64,000 nt of DNA from a candidate division TA06 bacterium B3_TA06 (GCA_005223075.1 NJBO01000003.1:81555-145554), one strand, 5' to 3'. Numbered from the stretch's first letter, positions 24,983 through 34,575 are shown. Notes: generated from the letters alone by a model not told the origin. Numbers and translations: made by a program.

Positions 24983-27475
24983 TCAAATTTTCAGATTACC
25001 ACACCGACACTGCTTGAGTTTCGCATTGTTGGGTGAGTATTTTTTGCAAGCTTCTGTATTACAACTTGGACAAACGAAAAGGGCCTTAAATTCATCTATA
25101 TCTCTAAGAACCGTTTCCACATCCCCTCTACTTAAAGTAGTTGATTGCATGTTCCGATGATGTGAACCTAAATTTGTCAGCAGTTGACTTGCTCTTAAAT
25201 CATCAAAAATTGCTTTCCCATCCTTTGAACGCAGAGACTGGTTCTCATTTATGTAACTCCGCAGACCATCTAACAACTCGCTTGCTTCTCTTTGATCATT
25301 CCTAGGGCCTACACGAAATTCAAGGCTTTTCACACCGAGTTTAGAGCATTTGTCTTTCAACAATTCTTCAATTAAAGTTCTACAACGATTCGCAGCCTCA
25401 TGTATATTATTTCTCTCCAATTGCCATTTGATTCTTTCGTCTAATGTAGCTGGTGACTCTATGACCTCAACCCCTCTTTCAATTGACCATTTTTTCAACC
25501 CACGAAAACGCCATTTACCTGTAGGTGACAAGGTTTTCTTCAACTCTTCAAACCAGAGATCATCGTGTGTAAAAAGCAGAATCTGAACATCAGAAAACTC
25601 ATCACGGAGTAACCTTGCCAAAGCAAACCTGTGGTTCGAATCAAAACTGCTAATAACGTCATCGAGTATAATGAAATTGCTTACTTTGTTGAAGTATCTA
25701 ATGAAGGCTAAGAACAAACAGATACCAAGACTATTCATGTGGGATTCGCTTAGAACCTTTCGCGGTGGTGATATTTCCAAGCCGTGAAACAGAAGCTTGA
25801 ACTCGACACCCCTAAGTTCTGTTTGAATAAGCTGTATTTGATCTATTTTTTCGTCCAAATGAAGACGAGCAAAAAATTTTTCAACGTCGGAAGATATCAC
25901 CGAGATCACGGCGTTAAGCCCTTCCTTTTCTCGATTTTCAAAATCTCGTAGTACATGCCACATTGATGATATTTGTTCCCTGAATTTCTCAATCTTTTGA
26001 TTCAACCTTTGGATCTTTATAAAATTATCGCGCAATGAGTCAAGCCTGGCGACATTCCTGTAAAAAATCTTTTCTTCCTCGGTATCAGATAGTTCATCCT
26101 TGAGCGCTGCTAACTTCCCTCGTGTCTTTTGAATAGCTTCACTTAAGACTCTTAGACTTTCATCATTCGGCACTCCTACTTCAGTTGGTTCAATAACCTT
26201 CTGCATATTGATTGTCAAATCGTTCCACGCATTAAGGCGGTTCAGCCAGTTAATTATCTGATTCAATTCGTCGGGCAAGGTAAGGAGCTTCTTGTTTTCT
26301 TCGCTCTCGAATTCCTGGATTCCATCCATAGATGAAGTTATACTTACCCTCAATTGTTTCACGCTATCAATAAGTTCCTTTTTCTCTTTTAACAATGCTT
26401 CGAGCCTAATTACTTCTTCTTCCACAGTTTTTTGGAGTTGCAACGTATCAAATTTACTCTTACATAGAGGGCACTTGTTTGGTGCACCCCACCCTTTACT
26501 CAAAATCTGTTGGGCCTTGGCATAAAGACCTTCCCATGCCGAAGCAGCCAACAATTCCGGTTTCGCAACAAGTTTGTTGTGTTTGCCGGCGATGGTCTTT
26601 AACTGATTACAAATTTCTTCGGGTGTGCGTATTTTCTCAATGGCCCTCTGTAAAACCTCAACCGCAAGGCGCTTTTTACCTTTGTCGGTTCTCAATGTTT
26701 GTTCATCTAGGGTGTTGGCTACTGCAATTAGAGACTCAAAATCCGTTATTGGTTGAGGATGCTTTAGTTCTGCTCTTATTTGTTCAGTCGAACTGTCTGT
26801 CAAAGTCAGTCCCCTTAATTCGAGATGCTTTAGTTCTGCTCTTATTTGTTCAGCATAACTGATAATATCCTGAATTTCAAAAGTGTCGCGACCAATAATC
26901 CGACCGATTTCTTCTTTGCTATTCTGCAACCTAGCTTCATTTTGGATTAGTTCCTTGTCATCTTTCAACGCATTGTATACCTTCAGCAGAATCTCTCTCA
27001 TCTCCGTTACAACCCTAAACCCTACAATTTCCTCTATATCTTCAAGCTTTTCACTTTTTGTCTTGTCAACGAATCTTCCTATCGTAGAATGTCTTAAAAT
27101 GAATGATTCTTTCGCGACCTCCTCTATAAACTTATTAAATTCCTCAGATTGATTCGAAGAATAATACCCCCCTTTCCTTTTCAACGTCTTAACGGAGCTT
27201 AAGTTCACATCATCAAATTCAAGCGTAACAGTTGCATCTTGACTATCGGGCAAAGCCTTATTGAAGTAATCCTCTCTACCGCAACCTTCCTTTCTAAGGT
27301 CTTCTATTTCGTCAGTAAAGAACCATTCAATCGCATCTGTAAAGCTACTTTTACCATCACCATTGTTGCCGTATAAAACGAGATTTGGTGCATTATTGGG
27401 GAATTCAAGCACAACAGGCTTTAGAATGCCTCTGAAACCCTCTATGGTTAATCTCTTTAGACTAACTTTATCCAT
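24983..27475 (-). CDS. Rad50/SbcC-like ABC ATPase with coiled-coil zinc hook (CPLC) and C-terminal ~200-aa extension ending in a Cys4 Zn-ribbon; candidate RloC/PrrC-like anticodon nuclease
   Basis: Walker A is GNNGDGKSS. The middle is a long coiled coil containing CPLCKSKF. Near the C-terminus are Walker B/D-loop (FIILDDVISSFD) and an H-loop (LLFTHDD). The extension has an R-x3-E motif (RTLIEEL), SHH, and CPSC...CRCG. It sits next to a restriction-modification gene. Confidence 0.55.
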   Translation of the reverse strand: MDKVSLKRLTIEGFRGILKPVVLEFPNNAPNLVLYGNNGDGKSSFTDAIEWFFTDEIEDLRKEGCGREDYFNKALPDSQDATVTLEFDDVNLSSVKTLKRKGGYYSSNQSEEFNKFIEEVAKESFILRHSTIGRFVDKTKSEKLEDIEEIVGFRVVTEMREILLKVYNALKDDKELIQNEARLQNSKEEIGRIIGRDTFEIQDIISYAEQIRAELKHLELRGLTLTDSSTEQIRAELKHPQPITDFESLIAVANTLDEQTLRTDKGKKRLAVEVLQRAIEKIRTPEEICNQLKTIAGKHNKLVAKPELLAASAWEGLYAKAQQILSKGWGAPNKCPLCKSKFDTLQLQKTVEEEVIRLEALLKEKKELIDSVKQLRVSITSSMDGIQEFESEENKKLLTLPDELNQIINWLNRLNAWNDLTINMQKVIEPTEVGVPNDESLRVLSEAIQKTRGKLAALKDELSDTEEEKIFYRNVARLDSLRDNFIKIQRLNQKIEKFREQISSMWHVLRDFENREKEGLNAVISVISSDVEKFFARLHLDEKIDQIQLIQTELRGVEFKLLFHGLEISPPRKVLSESHMNSLGICLFLAFIRYFNKVSNFIILDDVISSFDSNHRFALARLLRDEFSDVQILLFTHDDLWFEELKKTLSPTGKWRFRGLKKWSIERGVEVIESPATLDERIKWQLERNNIHEAANRCRTLIEELLKDKCSKLGVKSLEFRVGPRNDQREASELLDGLRSYINENQSLRSKDGKAIFDDLRASQLLTNLGSHHRNMQSTTLSRGDVETVLRDIDEFKALFVCPSCNTEACKKYSPNNAKLKQCRCGNLKI

Positions 27476-27713
27476 TGCCTGCCTCTCTCAATTCCTTCAA
27501 CCCATTAAGAATCTCTTCTTTGGTAAATCTACTGCTATAAAAAAGGGAACGTAAAAGACCCATAACATCGGCATCGATCCGCAAAATGTCAAGTTCTTTA
27601 AAGAACTCCGCAACTAATTCCTTGCCTGTTTTTATGTCGGAAGCCTTCTCTCGCTCTTGTTCGCCCATTCCTATTTTCGGCTGTTCTTTTGTCTCGCCTG
27701 AAGATTCGGTCAT
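27468..27713 (-). CDS. hypothetical small protein (81 aa) between RM gene and ATPase gene
   Basis: A plausible RBS precedes the ORF. It overlaps the start of the downstream ATPase by 8 bp. No recognisable motif was found. Confidence 0.4.
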   Translation of the reverse strand: MTESSGETKEQPKIGMGEQEREKASDIKTGKELVAEFFKELDILRIDADVMGLLRSLFYSSRFTKEEILNGLKELREAGNG

Positions 27714-27921
27714 TTAATATCCTCTTTTTTGCCGATCTGCCAACCTCATAAGGAAATACTATACACTTAGACTATCCTTTTGTCAAGCCCCTTTGCCTAA
27801 AATTGCGACTTTAAGAAATTGCCTCTCTGAGATTTCAGAGCAGGATTAGGGCAAGGAATTGGTGCAAAAGTGGTGCAATTTTGGTGCAGGGGCTTAGGGT
27901 GAAATTATGGTGGGCGATAGT

Positions 27922-30900
27922 CTATCCCTTGCAGGGATTTCCCTTTCCTTCAACGATCTCGATTTCCTCAGGGGTTAAGGCATAAAGCTTGTAGACAAGG
28001 CGGTCAATCTCGCGGTCAGTTTCGGCGATCTCAGTTACGACCGGCGTGAGTTTGTTTTTGTATTTATCAAAACCTTTTGAGAGGAGCTCGTAGTTCCTGG
28101 GTTCGCGGGTGTTGAAGGCAAGCTTGCGGTTCTTTGCGATAAGGTCGGCAAGGGCGTTGGCATCGTCAAGCTTCTCAAGGCCGCGGATGCGCTCCCTGCC
28201 CGAAAGCTCAGCGAGCTTTGCCCCTATAAGGTGCTCCAGCCAGCCGGAGTATTCTTTAACTATCTCCTGCTTGCGCTTGTGCAGGTCAAGCATAGCTTGT
28301 ACAAGCTCAACCATATCGTTGTGCATCTTCTTGTCTTCGGGCTTGGAGAAGTCGATTGTGCGGATGGGCATAGACTCTACTTCGTTTGTTCCCACGTTGT
28401 TATTCGTACTTGTGATCTTAAATCTCCACTGGAACAACTTTGAATTTAACAAACCCATTAAATAATAAAGATCGTACTCCGTCCTAACATTCAAAGTAAT
28501 GGAATTTGTAGAATCCGCAAAATAGGTCGGTGGCTTTATAATCATTGCAACGATTCGCCATTTTTCATCAACTCCCGTTATTCTTTGAGTTGCTATACGA
28601 CGCTTGAATACTTCTTCAGGAATAGAATTTCCATCCTCCAAAAATTTCTTCTCATCGAACCATTCCCTTTCACCTTGACTTAACACATCTTGGAAATAGT
28701 ATCTCCCAATTTCCACTCCTTTCAATAATCTAGACATACTGGAATCACTGGTAATGAACTTGCTATATATTGTTTGATTGATTTCTCCTCTTCTTACATC
28801 AAAAGTATCTTCTTCTGCTAATCTTACAATACCTTCGGTTAGGTACATTTTCCGACAAACCTCCCAGTTACTCTGGTCAACTAAAGGAATAGGAATATTA
28901 TTTGGATCGAGCAATACCAAATCATCAAATTTGATTAAAGCCTCACGACATTCATCTTCAAAGCTGTTTCCAGGAAACACCCGGATATGAATTTGAGTCA
29001 TTTTGGGTGATTGAGGTTCGTTCATACAAGTAACAATCGTTGTGGACAGTTTTGCATCCTTAAAAATTCTCCGTTTAGAATTATCTTTTTGCGGGAAACA
29101 ATCTGCTAATAATTCGCAGGTTGAAAGCATCAAATTACGTCGCGCTTTTGAGCAACTTATATCTGCAACCAAAGATAAAGGCACAATCATACCAAATCGA
29201 TCCCCTCGTTGTAAAAGCCCTAATGCTCTTACAATAAATAATCGGTACAGATTAAGCTTACCACCTAGCGCTGCCTCGTACAGAGGGATATTCTTTACAT
29301 AATCACCCAATTCTTTATGGGGGCTAGAGATTCCTTTCCTTTCCTTCTCAAGAACGTCATACGGCGGATTCCCTATCACCGCGTCGAAGCCGGGATTGGC
29401 AAGCGGCCTGCCGTGCTTATCGAAAAACACTTCTGGAAACTCAAGCTCCCAGTGGAAAAAGTGATGCTTGTTCCAGAGCTTAGTTGCTTTATCCACCCAC
29501 TTTTCGCGCTCCAGCGCGGCAAATGCCTTTTTATCGTCTTGCCTCAGCGCTTCCACAAGCCGCGAGTAGTCCTTCGGCTTGACCTCGTTCCCGAAGTAGG
29601 TGGAGACCCAGACGTCGGCGGCCTGGCGAAAAGGTTTCATCATCCCCCGCGCCTGCTTGAGCCGCTTTATCTTGTCATCTATCTGGTCAATGGTATCCGA
29701 AGGCTCGTCCTCAATTTGCTTATAATAGACTATCGTGCGTGCCGAGTAGTGTTCAACTATCTGCTGAAACAGCGAGCCGGTTTTCTCGCCCGGCAGGTTG
29801 CCAAGCTCTGCAACCTTTGCGCCGATAAGCGAATCTCCAGGACGCAGGTGATGGTCAAGGAAGGAAAGCGGCTTGTTCGCGGCCACGGTTGAAAGCCACA
29901 AGGAAAGCTTGGCAAGCTCCACAGCAAGCGGGTTCTTATCCACCCCGAAGATGCAGCGCTCTATAATCAAACGCTTTGCCTTGCCGATCTCGTCCTCCGT
30001 TTCCTCAATCTCCTTAACTCCCAGAAGCTTGGGGGCAAGGAAATCGGTTGCCTCAACCAGAAAGTGTCCCGAACCCATTGCCGGGTCGAGCACACGGAGC
30101 GAAAGGAGTTCCTTCTCTTTAATGTCCTTGGTCAGCGGTTCAAGGGTGTGCTCGACAATGTATTTCACGATGTAGTCCGGCGTGTAGTAAGAGCCTGTGG
30201 CCTTGCGGTCGCCCCGCTCTGTCACGGGGTAGTATTCCCCTTTCCCTACGCTGTCCGTAGTTTTGCTTATCTCCTCTTCTTTGCGTTCCCGCAAGGGCTT
30301 CCATTGCTCTTTCTTTCCCTTTTTTACCGCGACCATCGGCTCAGAGGCAACCTCAAGATGATTTTCTAAAAGCCCCTCGTATATGCTCCCAAGGTCCCTG
30401 ATTTTCAAGCTCGAATAGTCAATGAACTCCTTTTTTGGCGTAGTCTTTGTCTGGGGTCTGGATAAAAGGTCAATAACCTCGGCAAGCCAGCGGTCGCCTA
30501 TTTTGTACTTCTTGAGGAACTCGTGCTGATTGTCATCGAAGAGACCACCGTTATAAGGGGCAATACCCAGGTCTTTTTCCCCCTGGTCTATAAGTGTTGA
30601 AAGGGCAGATAGTTTGCCCCACAGCATAGGTATGCTGCCGCCGTAAGGCGGCCCGTCCTTCCTTGCGTATATCTCCTCCTTCATACTCTCCAGGCTGTAG
30701 TGTTGAAGGTAGCTTCTGTTAGAGATTGGCAGGAGCAACTTATCTTCGGCGTAGAGTATAAACAAGAGACGGTAGAGAAGAACAAAGCAGTTTTCGCGTA
30801 TAAGCTCCTTGTCGCGCACAGGCTCCAAGCGGTTTTCTTTAAACTCCACGAATCCCTGAGCGAGTATTCGAAGCGCCTTGTAAACGTTGTCCTTAAGCTC

Positions 30901-31647
30901 CGCGCCGACGGCTTCAGCGTAACGGACTGAGCCGTCAAGCACGTAGTCGAGAAATCGCGGGAATGCTTGACAGCGAAAGAACATGTAGAAATACTTAAAG
31001 GCTTCAAGTTGTTCATCACGGCTTACGCCTGCTGCAAAGAGGGGCCCGTCGGAGTTTATTAGGCTTACAAGATTAACCTCGTAGTAGCGGTCAAGGTGTT
31101 TGCTTTGTTCCCGCTCATACAAACGCCAGATTCGCCCGTTAGTGAGTATGCCCCAACGTACCTCGCTATAGAGAAGATACAGGTGCATTTGGTAGGCAGG
31201 GTTGCGGTACTCGAAATCAAACAGGTCGGGCTCGTAACGCGATGAAAGGTCTAATTTGCGATTCCAATGCTTGGCTTCGCAAAGACCTATTGCTTTGTTG
31301 AAAAGCTCCCATTCCTTGCCCTTTTCCGTAGAGGCTTTCTTTTTTGCAGATTCCGTGTCGAATAACGCATAATCGGGCCTTCTGATGCCTTCGGCGGTTT
31401 TCTCTCGCGGTTGAACAATGTAATGGTGACCGAGTATTTCGAGTATGGGCCTGATGAAGTCGTTTTCCAGTTGAGGTTCGCTTAAAGCGGGGAGTCTCGT
31501 TAAATTCTCCTTATAGAGCTTGGAGATACCTTCAAAGGCTTCTTCAATCCCTTCGTGATCCCGCCATTCTCTTTCTTCTGGTAGTATTTCTTCAAGGTAG
31601 TGGTTTGAGAAGAGGTCTTGATTGGTGTGTAAAGAATTGGTACCCAT
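27922..31647 (-). CDS. type IIG/IIL restriction-modification enzyme (fused PD-(D/E)xK nuclease + N6-adenine methyltransferase + target-recognition domain)
   Basis: The N-terminus has a PD...E-x-K motif (RRPDYALFD...GLCEAKHW). MTase motif I is VLDPAMGSGHFL and motif IV is GNPPYD. A C-terminal region of about 450 aa is the likely target-recognition domain. Confidence 0.8.
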   Translation of the reverse strand: MGTNSLHTNQDLFSNHYLEEILPEEREWRDHEGIEEAFEGISKLYKENLTRLPALSEPQLENDFIRPILEILGHHYIVQPREKTAEGIRRPDYALFDTESAKKKASTEKGKEWELFNKAIGLCEAKHWNRKLDLSSRYEPDLFDFEYRNPAYQMHLYLLYSEVRWGILTNGRIWRLYEREQSKHLDRYYEVNLVSLINSDGPLFAAGVSRDEQLEAFKYFYMFFRCQAFPRFLDYVLDGSVRYAEAVGAELKDNVYKALRILAQGFVEFKENRLEPVRDKELIRENCFVLLYRLLFILYAEDKLLLPISNRSYLQHYSLESMKEEIYARKDGPPYGGSIPMLWGKLSALSTLIDQGEKDLGIAPYNGGLFDDNQHEFLKKYKIGDRWLAEVIDLLSRPQTKTTPKKEFIDYSSLKIRDLGSIYEGLLENHLEVASEPMVAVKKGKKEQWKPLRERKEEEISKTTDSVGKGEYYPVTERGDRKATGSYYTPDYIVKYIVEHTLEPLTKDIKEKELLSLRVLDPAMGSGHFLVEATDFLAPKLLGVKEIEETEDEIGKAKRLIIERCIFGVDKNPLAVELAKLSLWLSTVAANKPLSFLDHHLRPGDSLIGAKVAELGNLPGEKTGSLFQQIVEHYSARTIVYYKQIEDEPSDTIDQIDDKIKRLKQARGMMKPFRQAADVWVSTYFGNEVKPKDYSRLVEALRQDDKKAFAALEREKWVDKATKLWNKHHFFHWELEFPEVFFDKHGRPLANPGFDAVIGNPPYDVLEKERKGISSPHKELGDYVKNIPLYEAALGGKLNLYRLFIVRALGLLQRGDRFGMIVPLSLVADISCSKARRNLMLSTCELLADCFPQKDNSKRRIFKDAKLSTTIVTCMNEPQSPKMTQIHIRVFPGNSFEDECREALIKFDDLVLLDPNNIPIPLVDQSNWEVCRKMYLTEGIVRLAEEDTFDVRRGEINQTIYSKFITSDSSMSRLLKGVEIGRYYFQDVLSQGEREWFDEKKFLEDGNSIPEEVFKRRIATQRITGVDEKWRIVAMIIKPPTYFADSTNSITLNVRTEYDLYYLMGLLNSKLFQWRFKITSTNNNVGTNEVESMPIRTIDFSKPEDKKMHNDMVELVQAMLDLHKRKQEIVKEYSGWLEHLIGAKLAELSGRERIRGLEKLDDANALADLIAKNRKLAFNTREPRNYELLSKGFDKYKNKLTPVVTEIAETDREIDRLVYKLYALTPEEIEIVEGKGNPCKG

Positions 31648-32246
31648 GTCTACCCCCAGTATATCTAACTATAAGAGTACGTCAAGCATATTCCCCTTCA
31701 CCCCGCAGCAGTGTAGCACTAACCAGCAGGCGCGAGGCAGGGCTGCTTGTCTAAAAAGCGTTCCAAGGCTCAGGCGAAAACCGACTTTAAGAAGATAGAG
31801 GACGAAGTTAAGAAAACAGAAGAGGAGCAAGCTAGACTTGTCAAAATACGCAAAGAACAAGACAAGGAAGCCTGCCAAGACTTTATTATTTGAGATGATT
31901 AGATTTAGGGAAATAAAAATGCCCATAAATAACTGCCAGGGGAAGGAATTATTAAGTTGCGCAATTGCGCCACTTAGTAAACGCAAGCGTATTTATTGGT
32001 TTATTGGAAAAAATGGGGGAAATGGTGGATAAATCTATAATTAAGGAATAAATACAGCAAACTCAAGGCGACACTACGTCTATTGCTATCCCGTATTGAT
32101 GATTCCCTTCCCGCTCTATAGCCTTTCTTTCCTTCCGCACTTCCGAGCCTGCTGATTGCGATTACTTCGTGGCATACGGTTTTAATGAAGAAGAATTAAA
32201 AAACGCTCAAACTTGATAAATACATCATAGACACCATGCGTGGAGC

Positions 32247-33578
32247 TTGCGTGGAAGGGGGCTTGACACGAAGGAAATAGGGACTATTCTTATATCAACA
32301 ATGGGAATTCAAATGAATAAAAGACAAATTTTTTTCATCATCGCGATAGCCGTTGGCATATTGTTGCTGATTCTCCTTGCGAAGAAAATGGGAACGGTTA
32401 CGGATCAGCCTGTACTGCGAAGGAAATCGAGACACAAAAGGACACGTGAGGAAAGAGAGATAGGGCGATTAAACGTTAAGTCCCTTGACATCCGGGCAGG
32501 TGCGGATAGAATACCCGTAGACGTGGGCATCTACCGTAGGGAAAACGGGATGCTCTACGTGCGTGTAATGATTGACGGAAAGCTTATCCGCCGGTCTCTG
32601 GAGACTCGAAAAGAGTCTGAGGCTCTATTGAAAATCCGGAGTGTAATTATGGCTGCCTTGGAAGGTCAAAAAGCAAAGGAAGTCCCGACGCTTGCAGAGT
32701 TCACTAAGACCTATCTAGCCTACAGTAAACGCCAGTACTCAAAAAGCACCTATGCAAGGAACCTTTGCAGGATGTCGAAGCTCATAGAGAACTTTGGCTC
32801 TATGAGGCTTGACCAGATAGACAAGCGGGCGATTAAACTCCACTCTCAGAAACGTCTGCAGGAAGTGTCCCCAGCATCGGTGAACTGTGAACGGTCGTTG
32901 CTAAGCTCCATAATGGAGTATGCCTGTGAGCTTGACTTCATTCAAGAGAATCCTGTCAGGAAAGTAAAGAAGCTTAGGGAATCCCCAGGCCGAGAACGCT
33001 ATCTGACCCCAGACGAAATCAAACGGCTCCTTGACGCCTGCAAGGCGCTAAGCGAACGGAAAGGCGTTGGACACAACCCAATCCTGTATGAGATTGTCTT
33101 AACCGCTATCCTCACCGGCTTACGTAAAGGTAATCTACAGAACCTGAAGTGGAGTCAAGTGGATTTTAAGACAGGGAATATCATTATCCCCGCCGGTGAA
33201 CACAAAAACCGCAAGCCGCTCTACTTCCCGATTAACCCCTACTTGCAGGAGATATTGTCAGGACTAAGGCATAACTACCCTTACGCTGAATACGTCTTCT
33301 GCAAGGCTGACGGCACTGAATATGGAGATTGGAAAAGGAGCTTTAACACCGCGTGCGAAACAGCCGGTTTAGAGGACGTTCGCTTCCACGACTTAAGGCA
33401 TACATGTGGAACCCTTCTGAACATGCTGGGTACGAACCAATATACTATCCGTGCGCTTATGGGACACCGCACATTAGCTGCGTCCAAGCGATACGTCCAC
33501 ACCCCGCCTGAAACAGTCAGAGAAGCGTCTAACGCTTTAGGAGACCGCCTGAGACGTATCCTAGACGGCAGCGACTAA
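32247..33578 (+). CDS. int: tyrosine-type site-specific integrase
   Basis: Catalytic motifs HDLRHTCGT, LMGHRTLAASKRYVH. The annotated N-terminus has a hydrophobic segment, so the true start may be an internal Met around 32388. Confidence 0.85.
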   Translation: MRGRGLDTKEIGTILISTMGIQMNKRQIFFIIAIAVGILLLILLAKKMGTVTDQPVLRRKSRHKRTREEREIGRLNVKSLDIRAGADRIPVDVGIYRRENGMLYVRVMIDGKLIRRSLETRKESEALLKIRSVIMAALEGQKAKEVPTLAEFTKTYLAYSKRQYSKSTYARNLCRMSKLIENFGSMRLDQIDKRAIKLHSQKRLQEVSPASVNCERSLLSSIMEYACELDFIQENPVRKVKKLRESPGRERYLTPDEIKRLLDACKALSERKGVGHNPILYEIVLTAILTGLRKGNLQNLKWSQVDFKTGNIIIPAGEHKNRKPLYFPINPYLQEILSGLRHNYPYAEYVFCKADGTEYGDWKRSFNTACETAGLEDVRFHDLRHTCGTLLNMLGTNQYTIRALMGHRTLAASKRYVHTPPETVREASNALGDRLRRILDGSD

Positions 33579-33649
33579 CACACCTATTGACACAGCCCCG
33601 ATTTGGGCAGATGTAAGTTAAGGAATTAGGTGGCTTTGCATTCCGGTAA

Positions 33650-33696
33650 TCGCTTTCGTAAAGCGTAGGCCGGTGGTTCGAATCCACTCGTCGGCT
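33650..33696 (+). repeat. partial tRNA-Thr 3' half (attR-type direct repeat)
   Basis: Over 47 nt it matches tRNA positions 26-72 exactly (acgctttcgtaaagcgtaggccggtggttcgaatccactcgtcggct). The upstream sequence does not match the tRNA 5' half. Confidence 0.75.
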
Positions 33697-33858
33697 TACA
33701 GCCGGGCCACAAGGCCCGGTTCACCTTTATTGGTGAACGGGAGTTACTTGACAATAAAGCCCAACCGCTCTATACTGCCAAACCGAAGAGCAAACCTTTT
33801 GGGTCGCTTGTAGCGTCGAATAACGGTACAGATTCTAACAATTGAGGAGGAGAAAAGA

Positions 33859-34575
33859 ATGTATACCTTGATATTTCTCTTTATCGTGGGAGCAACCCCA
33901 CATCAAGCCGTGGATGCGGACAGAGACGGCTTCCCTGACGCGGCAGAGCTTAAAACATCAGCCGACCGCCACAACTTCCGCCGATGGTTTGTAACCATAG
34001 CGCTATCAAGACACCTTAACCCGCGAGATGACATCAGAGACTGCGCGGGCCTTGTTCTGTATTCATACAGGGAGGCACTCAAGTCCCATGACGAGGATTG
34101 GCGCGCGCAGTTCGGCGAGCTCTTAGACCCCTCGATCCCGGAGATCGCGGCGTTTCACTACCCGAAGGTTCCCTACATCTGGACAGAGATCTTTCGCCTG
34201 GCCGACGGTCCGTATGAGCCGGGCGACCGCGAGAGGGGCAAGCTGGGCAACTTTGCCGACGTTCCGCATCTTATGAATTACCATACGGTAAAGCTCACGA
34301 GAAGGTTAGACGATGGTGTGCTGGCAGGGGATTTGTTGTTCTTCACGCCAAAAGACAAGTCCTCGCACGTGATGATCTACCTACAGATCAAGGGTGAACC
34401 CCACTTGCTTTACCACACCGGGCCAGGGGATTATGAGTATTCTGGTGAAGAGAAGGCGGGGGAGATGAGATTGGTTAAGTTTGAGACGCTTATGTCACTT
34501 GACGAGGGGACCTGGCGGCCGGATGAGGCGAATCCAGCCTTTGCCGGGTTCTACATGTTCAAGATACTGGACTGA
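33859..34575 (+). CDS. DUF1175-family secreted protein (YfaT-like, alpha-2-macroglobulin operon partner)
   Basis: Signal peptide present. The size and its position upstream of the A2M gene match the yfaT/yfaS arrangement. Confidence 0.6.
   Translation: MYTLIFLFIVGATPHQAVDADRDGFPDAAELKTSADRHNFRRWFVTIALSRHLNPRDDIRDCAGLVLYSYREALKSHDEDWRAQFGELLDPSIPEIAAFHYPKVPYIWTEIFRLADGPYEPGDRERGKLGNFADVPHLMNYHTVKLTRRLDDGVLAGDLLFFTPKDKSSHVMIYLQIKGEPHLLYHTGPGDYEYSGEEKAGEMRLVKFETLMSLDEGTWRPDEANPAFAGFYMFKILD

Larger units (their letters stand above)
24396..33696. mobile_element. about 9.3-kb integrated genomic island at tRNA-Thr 3' end (defence island: type IIG RM + Rad50-like ATPase/nuclease + KTSC + integrase)
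   Basis: A 47-bp direct repeat copies the tRNA 3' half (24396-24442) at 33650-33696. A tyrosine integrase sits next to the distal repeat. The interior is AT-richer. Confidence 0.65.

Noticed and set aside
31669-32246. Small ORFs (105 aa minus, 64 aa plus) in the AT-rich region between the RM gene and the integrase, considered as possible excisionase or regulator
   Set aside because: There is no helix-turn-helix or Xis-like motif. The composition is low-complexity and AT-rich, as expected for a promoter or att-proximal region. The evidence is insufficient to call a gene.
32247-32400. Transmembrane-like N-terminal extension (IFFIIAIAVGILLLILLA) on the integrase ORF
   Set aside because: Tyrosine integrases are soluble. 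The extension is more likely a mis-called start in AT-rich upstream sequence, and the true start is probably an internal Met or GTG. It is not claimed as a membrane-anchored integrase.
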